Shown: one piece after another, positions 1 through 9,969 of the stretch
How positions within the stretch are numbered: the first letter of the stretch is position 1
Layout of the letters: every line of letters starts with the position of its first letter
The notes under the pieces: model-generated
Seen by the model: the letters and a program-made list of their open reading frames with translations, nothing else
Told to the model about the DNA's origin: nothing
Databases searched by the model: none
DNA from: Thermomicrobiales bacterium
GTDB taxonomy: Bacteria > Chloroflexota > Chloroflexia > Thermomicrobiales > UBA6265
Length of the DNA: 64,000 bases
Direction of reading: 5' to 3'
NCBI GenBank assembly: GCA_046328335.1
Contig: JAXLWU010000003.1
Coordinates: 130,216-194,215, forward strand
Position numbers and translations under genes: made by a program

Positions 1-43
1 GACAAGTATAGCCAAAACGCCGCGTTCCAGACGGAATTGACGA

Positions 44-1054
44 TCAGCGAATCGTGAACGACCTGGTGCCGGTGGGAGACGCTGGGGTGCGAGAGACTGC
101 GGTCACGCGGGCCGCCGGGGGTCCGATTTCACACCAGGAGATGAACGCGTCGACGGCAGGTAACACCCCTTCGACATCGACCTCGACCGCGCCATCCGGA
201 GTGTTGCGCACCCAACCGCCAAGGTGGTGCTGGTGGGCCTGACGAAGCGTGGCGGCGCGGAACCCGACGCCCTGAACGCGCCCTTCGATCCGGAGTACGA
301 AGCGAACTGGCAACGACTCGTCTGACATGGTGCCTTCCCCCCGGAGTCTCCAGACCAGAACGGCCGCTTCCGCGACGATCCGCCGCGAGAGCTTGGAGGC
401 TCCGGCCACCCTGTCGGTGAACAGGATTGGCACCTCCCGCACACGGGCCCCGGCACGGATGGCGCGCCACGTGGTCTCGATGGCGAATCCGTAGCCGTCC
501 GAGCGGATGGCATCCAGATCGAGCGCGGCCAGCGTCTCACGCCGCCAGACTTTGAAGCCACCGGTGAGATCGCTGATCGGCACATCCAGAACGGCCCGCG
601 CGTAGCGTCCACCCATCCTGCTAAGCAACTGGCGCCAGAAAGGCCAGCCGACGGTGCCACCTCCGGAAATGTACCGGGAGCCGATCACCAAATCCGCCTC
701 CCGCGCGGCGGCGACCAGCGCCGGCAATGCCGCCGGGTCGTGGGAGAGATCGGCGTCCATTTGGGCGATGAGATCGGGCCGGAGGCTAAGCGCGTGGCGG
801 AACCCCGCGATATACGCCGGGCCCAGCCCTCCCTTCCCCGGGCGATGAAGCACGGTGACCCGGCCGGGATGGTCCGCGGCGAGATCGTCCGCCAGCTCGC
901 CGGTGCCGTCGGGCGAGCCATCATCCACGATGACGAGGCGGTAGTTATCGCCGAGGCCAAGCACGCCCGAGGCGAGCGTCTGGATATTGAGCCGCTCGTT
1001 GTAAGTCGGCACAACAACGACGACGGAGGCTTTGCCCGCGGCGAATTTCCTCAC
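44..1054 (-). CDS. GT2 polyprenol-phosphate mannosyltransferase (Dpm1/Ppm1-like) fused to a C-terminal acylphosphatase domain
   Basis: 336-aa ORF. N-terminus VVVVPTYNE..LVIVDDGSPDGT..QMDADLSHDP is a GT-A/Dpm1-like fold. The last ~90 aa, VRFVLRIEGRVQGVGFRAATLRQA..GWVRNTPDGAVEVDVEG, carry the acylphosphatase signature. Confidence 0.8.
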   Translation of the reverse strand: MRKFAAGKASVVVVVPTYNERLNIQTLASGVLGLGDNYRLVIVDDGSPDGTGELADDLAADHPGRVTVLHRPGKGGLGPAYIAGFRHALSLRPDLIAQMDADLSHDPAALPALVAAAREADLVIGSRYISGGGTVGWPFWRQLLSRMGGRYARAVLDVPISDLTGGFKVWRRETLAALDLDAIRSDGYGFAIETTWRAIRAGARVREVPILFTDRVAGASKLSRRIVAEAAVLVWRLRGEGTMSDESLPVRFVLRIEGRVQGVGFRAATLRQAHQHHLGGWVRNTPDGAVEVDVEGVLPAVDAFISWCEIGPPAARVTAVSRTPASPTGTRSFTIR

Positions 1055-2415
1055 GGACCGTCCGCCGCATCAGCGGTTGCCGCCGCATCGGGCACGAACT
1101 GGATCCGCGGAACGGTGGCGAAATCGAACTCCGTGAGCCTGTCTCGTCCTAGTTCGCGCATTCGTTCGAGCGCCGCCTGACTCTCTGCCACCAGTCGCCC
1201 GGTTTCGATGCCGAGACAGACGGGCGCAAAGTCGATGACCTTGTCGATACCATCCCCCAGAAGAAGCAGGGCCCCGGTGTGGTTGCCGCGCAAGGCATGG
1301 AGAAAGCCGACTCCGATCTGGAGGATCCCCTGATAGAGCTTGCGAATGGACCGTGTCTCAGCGTGCCATTCGTGCTCGATCGCCTCGTGACAGGCATAGA
1401 ACTCCCCCTGGTTGAACAGCCTGATGCCCTCAACCAGTCCCGGGGGAGCCTTCGCCTCGCACGGCGAAACGGTCTCTGCGAGGACATCGCGCAGGATTGG
1501 ATCGAGAAAGCGACGGGCGCTTTCCAGCCGCGCCGGGTCGTCGCCGATTGCGGATTCGAGCATCAGCGGACCACTGTAGGCACCAGAAATCGCGCGCAGG
1601 AGCGCCGGCCAGGGCAGGTCGCCAGCGCCGGGAGGAAGATGTCGATTCCCGGAGTCGTGCTCGCGCCGGTCGCTGAGATGCACGTCGAAGACGCGCCCCT
1701 GCATTGCAGCAAGGACCATGAACGGATTGGCCCCTGCTTCATCCGCTTGAAAAGGATCGAACGCGAATCCGATCCGCTCCGCGCGCGGATCGAAGTCCTG
1801 AACATTCGCGGCAAGGGCGAGGACGTCGCGAACCGATGCTACCGCGCACCAGGAGACATTCTCGATGGCCAGTTTGACCCCGGCCGCGGCACAGGCGCTG
1901 CCGCGATCGGCAATGGCATCGAGCATTCGCGCCTGATCGTCGGGACCGCGCACCTCAGCGCGTTTCGGGCCGTGCCAGACGACGACTTTGGCGCCAAGTT
2001 CGACCGCGCCCTCGATTGCCCGGCCAAACAGCATTCGTCCTTCGCGGGCGCGCCTGGCATATGGCGACAGGAGCGGGTGGAGTTCCTGCCAGAGGTGGAC
2101 CGCGTGAATCCGGCAACCGGCGGTCCGGCTGCGCGAGGCGAGTTCATGAATGAACCCGGCGCCGTACTCACCGGGAGTCTGCAACATGATCTCGAGATCG
2201 AACAGGCCCGCACGAGCCGCGGCATCGGGAACGTCTTCCGTCGGCATGGGGTAGAGGGCGCCAGTAGAGAGACCGAGTCGGAGCCGAGGCGGCTGCAAGA
2301 CACGGAGCGTGCCCCGTCTGTCAGCGCGAACCGCGGTGCGAACATCGGACACGAGCGATCGTCCTCCCCCTGGCCACCGGGCGCGTTGCCTGCCCCCAAA
2401 CGCCGATGGTACCAT
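1051..2415 (-). CDS. Xylose-isomerase-like TIM-barrel (sugar phosphate isomerase/epimerase family) protein with C-terminal DUF309 domain
   Basis: 454-aa ORF. LRLGLSTGALY..VHLWQE..VVWHGP..LAIENV matches the AP-endonuclease-2/xylose-isomerase TIM-barrel pattern. C-terminus GIRLFNQGEFYACHEAIEHEWH..YQGILQIGVGFLHALRGNHTGA matches DUF309. Its stop overlaps the start of the downstream GT2 gene by 4 nt. The exact start is uncertain. Confidence 0.7.
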   Translation of the reverse strand: MVPSAFGGRQRARWPGGGRSLVSDVRTAVRADRRGTLRVLQPPRLRLGLSTGALYPMPTEDVPDAAARAGLFDLEIMLQTPGEYGAGFIHELASRSRTAGCRIHAVHLWQELHPLLSPYARRAREGRMLFGRAIEGAVELGAKVVVWHGPKRAEVRGPDDQARMLDAIADRGSACAAAGVKLAIENVSWCAVASVRDVLALAANVQDFDPRAERIGFAFDPFQADEAGANPFMVLAAMQGRVFDVHLSDRREHDSGNRHLPPGAGDLPWPALLRAISGAYSGPLMLESAIGDDPARLESARRFLDPILRDVLAETVSPCEAKAPPGLVEGIRLFNQGEFYACHEAIEHEWHAETRSIRKLYQGILQIGVGFLHALRGNHTGALLLLGDGIDKVIDFAPVCLGIETGRLVAESQAALERMRELGRDRLTEFDFATVPRIQFVPDAAATADAADGP

Positions 2416-2481
2416 CCGGCCCTCGCCGGGCAGTCACATTCTGATGCCGGAGCAGATGTCGTGCCGGGGGCCGCCGCCGCG

Positions 2482-5400
2482 ATGACCGACGACGTGACCC
2501 CGTTGCGTTCGCCCCGTCTCACCCGCCTCGAGATTCAGGGTTTCAAGAGTTTTCTCCACCGCACAGTCATCGCGTTCGAGCCGGGGATCACGGCGGTTGT
2601 CGGCCCGAACGGCAGCGGTAAATCGAACGTGGCTGACGCCATCCGGTGGGTTCTCGGCGAACAGGGTCAGCAGGCGTTGCGGGCGCGCAAAACCGAAGAG
2701 GTCATTTTCAGCGGCGGCCAGGGTCGCGCGCCGGCAGGGATGGCCGAGGCCACGCTGACATTCGACAATAGCGACGGCTGGCTCCCAAGCGAATTCTCGG
2801 AAGTCTCCGTCACCCGGCGTGCCTATCGCTCCGGGGAAAACCATTACCTCATCAACGGAAGACGCGTACGCCTCAGGGATGTGGCGCTGCTCACCGCCAG
2901 TCTGGGGCAGAGTCACGTGGTGGTCGGCCAGGGTTTGGTCGATGCCGCGCTCAGTCTCAAGGCCGACGAACGGCGGAGTCTGTTCGAACACGCCGCGGAC
3001 CTGACCGGTCTACGGCTGAAGTTGGCGGAAGCAGAGCGCAATCTCGCGGAAACGGAAGCCAACACCGCACGGTTGAATGACCTCCTGTTCGAAATCGAAC
3101 CTCGGCTCAAGAGTCTGGAGCGCGCCGCACGCCAGGCACGAGAGTGGCAGGGCCTTCGCGATCGTCTGCTGATTCTGCAGCGCGCGCATTACCGCGAAGT
3201 CTTCGCGGTGGCCGCCTGCCGGGTCGCCGAGACCGAGGAGTCGGTGCGGGCGTCGCTAACGGCGGTAACCAGCGCGCGTGTCGAAGTCGCCCGTCTCGCT
3301 GATGGCGGGGACCGAGCCAGCACGCGCATGACCGAGGCGAGAGAGCAGCTGACGCGCCATGACGAACGGCGCGGCGCACTCGAAGACCAGGTGAGGCGCC
3401 ACACGCACGAGCGGGATCTGGCGCAGGCGCGGCTCGAATCGTTGGACCGACGGCGCGCGGACATGCTCGACGCGCGAATGGGACTTGACGAGCGTGTCGC
3501 CAGCGTTACCACCGATCTCGAGAAGCTGCATTCGGATCTGCGCGAACTGGAGCGTGTCACAGCCGACACGCGAGAGGGAGCGGCACGACATCGCCGCGCC
3601 GCCGCCGCGAGTCGAGCGGCACGGAGCGCGATCGAGCAGCAGTTGGCGGCAGCGGCCGATGCCATCGCTGCGAGCGAGCGTCGGGAGACCGACTTGCAGC
3701 GAGAGCGCGCGGTCCTCGGCGAGCGGATCGAGGCCCACGAGCGGGAGTCCGCGTCTCTGCGCATGGCGATTTCCGACCGAAACGAGCGGATCGAAGCATT
3801 GCGCGCGGAGCGAGGGCAGGTCGACGAACACTCCCGGGCCGATGAGCGGAAACTGATCGAGGCGACCGCTCACCGGGAACGCGTGTCGACCGATCTGGCC
3901 GAATGCCAGCGCGCCCTCGTCGCGGCGCGCGATCACCGCGACCGTCTTGATCGCCAGTTGGCCGAGGACCGCACCCGGCTGGACGTGCTGCGCCGCCTCC
4001 ATGAGAGTGGGACAGGTCTGCATGCGGGCGTGCGCGAAGTGCTGTCCGCCGGCCGCAGTGGCCGGTTGCAGGGCATTCGCGGCACCGTCGCCGAACTGCT
4101 GGACGTTCCCCAGAGGTATGAGGTTGCGATCGAGGTTGCCCTGGGCGGCCGTCTCCAGGATCTGGTGGTTGAAACGTGGCCGGACGCCGAAGCCGCCATC
4201 GCGATGCTGAAGCATACCGGCGCCGGACGGGCAACCTTCCACCCACTGGATACGATCCGGAGCGGCAGGGGTCGGCTCGACATTGCGATCGCCCGCGTGA
4301 CCGGAGTCCACGGCATCGCGTCCGAATTGCTTACGGTTGCACCGGACATTACGCCGGTCATCGCCGCGCTGCTGGGGCGGACCGTGGTGGTCGACGATCT
4401 CGATATCGCCCGGATCGTGCTGCCGAAGTTGGCGTCCGGTTGGAGTGCGGTGACCCTCGGGGGCGAGATTGCCCGCGCCGGAGGCTCGGTCACGGGGGGC
4501 GCTCCGACGAGAGAAAGTGGCACGCTTGGCCGGGAGCGAGAGTTGCGTGAACTGCCGGATCAGGTCGCCGAACTGGACCGAAAGTTTGGCGTCGCGCAAT
4601 CTCAGGCCGCTGCCGGCGAGGATAACCTCCAGGCCTTTCAGGTGTCGCTACAAGATATCGACGAGCGGCTCGCCGCCTTCCGTACCGCAGCGGTGGAGCG
4701 GGAACGTGAAGCCGAGCGTCTCGACCGATGGCTAAGCGAACTGGCTATGGAGGGGGAGCAGACCGAACGTCGCCGCGCGGCCCTGCAGCAACAGTCCGCG
4801 GCCGCAACCCAACGCCTGGCGGAGATCGATGTCGACATCACCGCATGTCGCGACCAGCGAAGCGACGCGGCGAAGCGAAGGCAGGCGGCGGAGACGAACC
4901 TGGCCGAGTCGATCGGATCGACGGCCGCCGCCGAACGGGCCGAGGCGGAAGAAGGGCGCCGCCTCGCCGGACTCGAAGAACGACTTCGTCTCGAACGCAG
5001 ACGAGAGGCGGGGTTGCGCGCGCAGGAGCGGGCGCTCGCGGAAGAACTCGAACTGCGGACGGAGCGGATGGCGACGCTCGACCGGGAGCGCGAAGCGCTG
5101 CGGGCGGAACACGCCCGACTGGTGGATGAAACGTCGGTCAGCGCAGCAGCCCTCGCCGAACTTGTAGCGGAACGGGAGCCGCTGCGGCTCGAAGTCATGG
5201 GCGCGGAGATCGCGGCGTCTCGTCTCGCTGAGTCGCTACAGGCGGCTCGGACCGCGCTGGTCGAACGTGAGCGAGAGCACGACCAGACCAATTTCGCCTA
5301 TGAACGGGCCGCACAAGAACTGACCTCGATTCGAGACCGGATCGCGGACGACCTCGATTGCGCGCGCGCCGAAGACCTTCTCGTTGCGGGGGAGGAGTCC

Positions 5401-6075
5401 GTCATCGGGTCGCAGGAAGAGCGAGCGGCGGAAATCGGCCGGCTCAGGGAGCGACTGAGGCGGGTCGGATACGTCGGCGATGACGCCGTTGCCGAGTACG
5501 AGCGCGAAGCGGCCTACCAGACCGACTTGCGAAACCAGTTACGCGACGTGGAAGGGGCGGCGACGGCGCTGCGAGCGCTGCTCACGGATCTGAGACAGAC
5601 GATGCGCGCGCGGTTTGCCTCCTCTTTTGCCCAGGTCGCGGCCGAATTCTCCGAGATCTTCGCGATCCTCTTTGGCGGCGGCACGGCGCAGTTGGTGCTT
5701 GTCGGTGGCGATAACGGGGAAGAACCAGGGATCGATATCATCGCGCAGCCACCAGGAAAGCGGCTGCAAAATCTGTCGTTGCTCTCCGGTGGAGAGCGGG
5801 CGCTGACGGCGGTCGCGCTGCTGCTGGCCATCCTGCATGTGAACCCGGTGCCGTTCTGTCTGCTCGACGAAGTCGACGCCGCGCTCGACGAGGCGAACGT
5901 CGTTCGCTTTCGTCAGCGGCTGCAATTGCTCGCGACGCACACCCAAGTGATCGTGGTCACCCACAACCGGGGCACGATCGAGATCGCCGATACCCTGTAC
6001 GGCATCAGCATGAGCGCCGATGGGGTCTCTCAGGTGCTCTCCTTGCGGATGAGCGAGTCGCTACCCGCGGACTGA
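2482..6075 (+). CDS. smc: Chromosome segregation protein SMC
   Basis: ATG at 2482 gives [47 protein letters not shown] (Walker A). Long coiled-coil Arg/Glu/Ala-rich arms, a hinge ([26 protein letters not shown]), and a C-terminal [26 protein letters not shown] signature/Walker B. ~1197 aa. The track ORF (from 1279) is an artefactual 5' extension antisense to the TIM-barrel gene. Confidence 0.92.
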   Translation: MTDDVTPLRSPRLTRLEIQGFKSFLHRTVIAFEPGITAVVGPNGSGKSNVADAIRWVLGEQGQQALRARKTEEVIFSGGQGRAPAGMAEATLTFDNSDGWLPSEFSEVSVTRRAYRSGENHYLINGRRVRLRDVALLTASLGQSHVVVGQGLVDAALSLKADERRSLFEHAADLTGLRLKLAEAERNLAETEANTARLNDLLFEIEPRLKSLERAARQAREWQGLRDRLLILQRAHYREVFAVAACRVAETEESVRASLTAVTSARVEVARLADGGDRASTRMTEAREQLTRHDERRGALEDQVRRHTHERDLAQARLESLDRRRADMLDARMGLDERVASVTTDLEKLHSDLRELERVTADTREGAARHRRAAAASRAARSAIEQQLAAAADAIAASERRETDLQRERAVLGERIEAHERESASLRMAISDRNERIEALRAERGQVDEHSRADERKLIEATAHRERVSTDLAECQRALVAARDHRDRLDRQLAEDRTRLDVLRRLHESGTGLHAGVREVLSAGRSGRLQGIRGTVAELLDVPQRYEVAIEVALGGRLQDLVVETWPDAEAAIAMLKHTGAGRATFHPLDTIRSGRGRLDIAIARVTGVHGIASELLTVAPDITPVIAALLGRTVVVDDLDIARIVLPKLASGWSAVTLGGEIARAGGSVTGGAPTRESGTLGRERELRELPDQVAELDRKFGVAQSQAAAGEDNLQAFQVSLQDIDERLAAFRTAAVEREREAERLDRWLSELAMEGEQTERRRAALQQQSAAATQRLAEIDVDITACRDQRSDAAKRRQAAETNLAESIGSTAAAERAEAEEGRRLAGLEERLRLERRREAGLRAQERALAEELELRTERMATLDREREALRAEHARLVDETSVSAAALAELVAEREPLRLEVMGAEIAASRLAESLQAARTALVEREREHDQTNFAYERAAQELTSIRDRIADDLDCARAEDLLVAGEESVIGSQEERAAEIGRLRERLRRVGYVGDDAVAEYEREAAYQTDLRNQLRDVEGAATALRALLTDLRQTMRARFASSFAQVAAEFSEIFAILFGGGTAQLVLVGGDNGEEPGIDIIAQPPGKRLQNLSLLSGGERALTAVALLLAILHVNPVPFCLLDEVDAALDEANVVRFRQRLQLLATHTQVIVVTHNRGTIEIADTLYGISMSADGVSQVLSLRMSESLPAD

Positions 6076-6245
6076 TCAGGCGAGAGCTTTTCCCATGACG
6101 AGCCACATCCCTTGGGCGGGGAACTTGCGAGTCATGAGAATCCGGTTGAGAGCTTGAACCGAAGTGAAGAACGTAGCAGATCTTCATTCCCTTGCTGGAT
6201 ACCCGTCCCCCTCTGGGAAAATACCGCTACGTCCTTTTTGCCGGT

Positions 6246-7178
6246 TCAACAGCCTGTTGCTCCTTCATCGTCGAAGCAATTGTCGCCAATGTCGGCAGTG
6301 TTGCCCGAAATTCCAGTATTTCTGCGGTCGAGGCTACCGCCGTTGAGGACGCCACCGCCACGCCCTTTCGTCGTTTCGGTGTGGGCAACATTGTCGGTTA
6401 TCGTGCAATCCTGTAGCGTCAACTCGGCCCGCGGCCCATTGAAGATGCCGCCGCCGTAGCCCGCCGTGTTTCCGGAAATGACGCAATCAACAACCGAGAG
6501 TTCCCCAGTGGTGACTATGCCTCCACCGGATCCCTCGTCATTTCGTCCTCCCGTGATCGTGAGCCAAGCCAGATTGGCAGTGAAGAGATTGCCGATGACC
6601 GACGAGAATCCGCTTCCACTCCCCTTCAGCGTCGTAAGGCCCGCTCCAGCTCCAAGCAGTGCGACGCCTCCAGGCAACTCCAGGTCTGAAACCGAGATCG
6701 TCGGTGCAGGCAGCGCATACTCCCCTGCGTCAAGGCAAATCGTGTAGTGGTCTTTGGTTTCGGCGGTCGAAACCGCGTCCAGCAACTGTGCGGTGGTGCT
6801 AACTCGGACATCGCAGGCGCCGCCAGGGCAAGTCCCTCCCTGACAAGCTTGGCCGGTCGCGCATTGCTTGCCGCAGCCTCCGCAGTTGGTGGCATCGTTG
6901 GCGGTGTCGACGCACTTCTCGCCACAACGCGTCTGACCGCTGGGACAAGTCGGCGGCTTCGTCTTCTTCTTTTTTTTCTTCTTTGCGGAAAGAGGGGTGG
7001 GTCCTGAAAGGCCAAGGGCGGTCAGCACGGCCGCGATCGTGGCGACTATCGAGCGGCGACTCGTTCGAGTTTTGTCTGGATTCGTGGATGGCACGGCACT
7101 CTCGCTGTCCACGCTGCGCTCCTTTGCGACGACGGAAGTTTCCACGTTGTTGGATACCTGGCAGTATGTCACGCACAT
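6246..7178 (-). CDS. Secreted protein: twin-arginine-like signal, poly-Lys linker, Stig1-like Cys-rich module, right-handed beta-helix repeats
   Basis: 310-aa ORF. TSRRSIVATIAAVLTALGL signal, AKKKKKKKTKPP linker, CPSGQTRCGEKCVDTANDATNCGGCGKQCATGQACQGGTC (NCGxCG Cys-rich module), then Gly-rich repeats (ITGGRNDEGSGGGI, ISGNTAGYGGGIFN, VLNGGS) typical of parallel beta-helix proteins. The start codon is uncertain. Confidence 0.6.
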   Translation of the reverse strand: MCVTYCQVSNNVETSVVAKERSVDSESAVPSTNPDKTRTSRRSIVATIAAVLTALGLSGPTPLSAKKKKKKKTKPPTCPSGQTRCGEKCVDTANDATNCGGCGKQCATGQACQGGTCPGGACDVRVSTTAQLLDAVSTAETKDHYTICLDAGEYALPAPTISVSDLELPGGVALLGAGAGLTTLKGSGSGFSSVIGNLFTANLAWLTITGGRNDEGSGGGIVTTGELSVVDCVISGNTAGYGGGIFNGPRAELTLQDCTITDNVAHTETTKGRGGGVLNGGSLDRRNTGISGNTADIGDNCFDDEGATGC

Positions 7179-7287
7179 CTGCTTCGTGTCGACAGTTCGC
7201 GCCTCCGGGAACCATGGCGAGGTCCGACGCTGCGCCGCGCTACAACCCCCGCAATGTCACCATCCAGGTGATGCCATCAAGCCGTGG

Positions 7288-7530
7288 CTATCGATCAGCG
7301 CGATCAGCTCCGAAAACGGCAGTGACGTACGCCGCGATGTCCTCGCGGTCTTCCGTACCGTCGAGCAGCATGGCTTCCATGACTTCGACGCTCTCGGGAT
7401 GCATCTCATCCAGCGCCTTGACGACAAGCCGCTCGTTCCGCGACGGGCGCGGATCGGTCACGAAGGCCCAGATGGCGTTGGTAAGTTGATCGAGATCGAC
7501 TTCGAAGCGAAAGAACGGGTCGGTTGACAT
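7288..7530 (-). CDS. Small acidic hypothetical protein (80 aa)
   Basis: Internal ATG at 7530 (MSTDPFFRFEVDLDQL...), 10 nt downstream of the rhomboid stop on the same strand. No recognisable domain. The longer track ORF (to 7743) would overlap the rhomboid gene. Confidence 0.4.
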   Translation of the reverse strand: MSTDPFFRFEVDLDQLTNAIWAFVTDPRPSRNERLVVKALDEMHPESVEVMEAMLLDGTEDREDIAAYVTAVFGADRADR

Positions 7531-7540
7531 TGCAGGCTCT

Positions 7541-8278
7541 CTAGTTCGGACCGCGGCGGTTGCCCGATCGAGCTGGCGCGCGCCGCCATGCGATCTGGTC
7601 GGCGCGAACGGCGTTCTGGCGAGCGACCGCATCCTTGTCCCGGAAAATCCAGACCAGGAGCGTCCCGGCGATGAAACCGCCGACGTGCGCCCAGAAGGCA
7701 ACCCCTCCGGAGTCGGCACCGGCCCCGAGCGAACCAATGCCACTGATCAACTGCATCAGGAACCAGATGCCGATCATCACCCAGGAGGGCACCAACAGCA
7801 CCTGCCAGAAGTATGGGAGCAGAACCGCCGCGCGGACGTTGCCACGCGGGAAGAGCACGAGGTACGCACCCATCACTCCCGAGATGGCGCCAGACGCGCC
7901 GACCATCGGAATCGTCGAGGTTGGATCGAGCAGGACCTGCGCGACCGCCGCGGCGATGCCACACAGCAAGTAGAAAAGCACATATGAGATGTGGCCCATT
8001 GCGTCTTCGATGTTATCGCCAAAGACGAAGAGGAACAGCATGTTCCCGCCAATATGGGCGAGACCACCGTGGAGAAACATCGAGGTGAGGAGCGTGTAGA
8101 GATTGTGAAACTGGGAGATGTTCGCGGGAACCGCGCCGTAGTTGAAGAACAAGGCGTCGAGCCCACGCGGACCCACTGCGAGTTCATAAAGAAAGACGAT
8201 GATGTTGATACCGATCAGCGTCCAGTTGGCAACCGGAGTGGTGACCTGGCCGGCATTCTCGTCGCCAATCGGGATCAC
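7541..8278 (-). CDS. Rhomboid family intramembrane serine protease
   Basis: 245 aa with multiple TM segments. MFLHGGLAHIGGNMLFLFVFG, the catalytic GASGAISGVMGAY motif, and HVGGFIAG (catalytic His). Confidence 0.85.
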   Translation of the reverse strand: MIPIGDENAGQVTTPVANWTLIGINIIVFLYELAVGPRGLDALFFNYGAVPANISQFHNLYTLLTSMFLHGGLAHIGGNMLFLFVFGDNIEDAMGHISYVLFYLLCGIAAAVAQVLLDPTSTIPMVGASGAISGVMGAYLVLFPRGNVRAAVLLPYFWQVLLVPSWVMIGIWFLMQLISGIGSLGAGADSGGVAFWAHVGGFIAGTLLVWIFRDKDAVARQNAVRADQIAWRRAPARSGNRRGPN

Positions 8279-8345
8279 CGCTCATGCTCCTTGCCGTGAC
8301 CGGTCAAGCCGGGGTCGTGTTCCGAGGACGAGTGGCGGTAACGAA

Positions 8346-8576
8346 TCAGCCCACGTTCTCCCTTGGCCGCTCGAAACGAACGCGCTCACTGACCTGCTGA
8401 TCGACATTCGCCAGTTGTTGTGCGGTGCGTTCCTCGATATCGTGCCACCGCTCCATGTATCGTGCCCACGTTTCTGCTCCTGGCCTGGGCGCGTTCATGA
8501 GCGCAACGAGTCCACCGAGAGCGCCACCCACCGCGGCCCCGACCAGAAAGGCGACAACGTGCTTCTCATTCGTCAC
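8346..8576 (-). CDS. YtxH-like small membrane-anchored protein
   Basis: 76 aa. N-terminal Gly/Ala-rich helix VVAFLVGAAVGGALGGLVALMNAPRPGAETW resembles the YtxH domain. GTG start with a GGAAGAGGA RBS. Confidence 0.55.
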   Translation of the reverse strand: MTNEKHVVAFLVGAAVGGALGGLVALMNAPRPGAETWARYMERWHDIEERTAQQLANVDQQVSERVRFERPRENVG

Positions 8577-8632
8577 GATTCATCCTCTTCCTGTGTTCTC
8601 CCGCTCAACCCATTTGGCCGTTTGTAGCAGGT

Positions 8633-9925
8633 TCATTGTGTAATCGCATCACCATGTTCAGCCCCCAGCGGGCTGGAGAGCGCCGATGGATAGACTTGCG
8701 TCGTGAGGAGAGCCCGAAACCTTGCTCGCTTTTCCGCATCCGAACGTCCGGCCATCCAGTTCGCAAGCAGATCATGGCCAACGTGATACGTGAAAATGTA
8801 GGCGCGCCATAACGGGTCGGCGATGAAGCGAACCTGCTGCCTCGCTTTCGCTTCTGGCGACAACGCATACCGCTGCACATAGGCGACGACCTCATCTTCC
8901 GCGGCTCTCCCCTCGTGGAGCAACAGCGCGGCATTGCCAGACACCGATCGCAGAGCCTGTTCCGCCTGGAGCACCTCCCGCTCCAGCGCGGCGTCGGCGG
9001 TGATACCAGCCAACGGGTAGACCTGCTCGGCGCGAAACGCGATGACCTCGTCAGGCTCGAACGCCATCTCCTGCGCGGTGGTGGCAATGCCTTCGGAGAT
9101 CACGCATTCTGGGGTGTTGATCAATTGCAGGGCGTGCTCACCCAATCCATCTTCGGTATAGAGCCGCTCCTTCAACATGTGCTCGGTGTGATGCCCGGGA
9201 TAGGCTTCGTGCGCCAGCAAGTCCGTCAGGCGGAACGCGTGGATCGGCAGATCGGTGTTGAGTTCGACGCGTGACCGGCCGCCGCCGAGATACCAGTTGT
9301 ACCCCGACCAGGGCTGATCCTGGACGAGGCGAATTTCGACATCTTCGTCGCCAGGAAGATCGACAATTCGCCCTGTGCGAGTCTTGAATTCGGGCAGGAT
9401 GACATTGACGACGTCGGCGAGACGCTCAGGTGGAATCGTGTACGTGGCACGCCAGGCGTTCATCCTCGCGGCGACCGAACCTGATCCTGGCAGCAGCTGA
9501 TCAAGGGTCGCGATTGCCGCATCGAACACGGCTTCCGGAGTCGCCGCCGGAGTCACATCGAAAAGCAGCGCCACTTCGTCCCGGTACGGCAAAGTGTCCC
9601 CCGCGAGTTTGCGGGCGGTGGCGGCCATGGCTCGTGCCTGCGTGCGGAGATAGCCTTGGCGCAGGTCCCCGCTGTCGAGCGTTTCAATTCGGTCCAACAG
9701 GGCATTGGCCGCCCTGATCAGATCCTCAGGAGGCGGCGGGGATTCGGGGTCGAGTTTCGCCCGGTCATCGTCCGAGCCGAGCCAGGCATCGATGTAGCCG
9801 GGAACATGATGGGCGATGCCAAAGGCAAGCGCGGCATAGTCACGGCCGATATCGTCCAGGGCGGGTTTGCCGGTCACAAGGCGTCCTCTCAAATCAAGTT
9901 CAATCGATGCGCGACATGCGTGCAA
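8633..9925 (-). CDS. DUF885-family (metallopeptidase-like) protein
   Basis: 430 aa. The LLAHEAYPGHHTEH motif resembles the conserved HExxPGHH motif of DUF885. This is recall-based, so family assignment is moderate. Confidence 0.45.
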   Translation of the reverse strand: MHACRASIELDLRGRLVTGKPALDDIGRDYAALAFGIAHHVPGYIDAWLGSDDDRAKLDPESPPPPEDLIRAANALLDRIETLDSGDLRQGYLRTQARAMAATARKLAGDTLPYRDEVALLFDVTPAATPEAVFDAAIATLDQLLPGSGSVAARMNAWRATYTIPPERLADVVNVILPEFKTRTGRIVDLPGDEDVEIRLVQDQPWSGYNWYLGGGRSRVELNTDLPIHAFRLTDLLAHEAYPGHHTEHMLKERLYTEDGLGEHALQLINTPECVISEGIATTAQEMAFEPDEVIAFRAEQVYPLAGITADAALEREVLQAEQALRSVSGNAALLLHEGRAAEDEVVAYVQRYALSPEAKARQQVRFIADPLWRAYIFTYHVGHDLLANWMAGRSDAEKRARFRALLTTQVYPSALSSPLGAEHGDAITQ

Positions 9926-9969
9926 GCGAACGTGATGTTAGCGACAATGTTGCCGACCGGGGAGGGGGC

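Noticed and set aside
1279-2481. 5' 400 codons of the 1598-aa track ORF 1279..6075.
   Set aside because: This part is antisense to the well-supported TIM-barrel gene, Arg/Gly/Ala-rich, and has no SMC similarity. The SMC N-terminus ([19 protein letters not shown]) begins right after the ATG at 2482.
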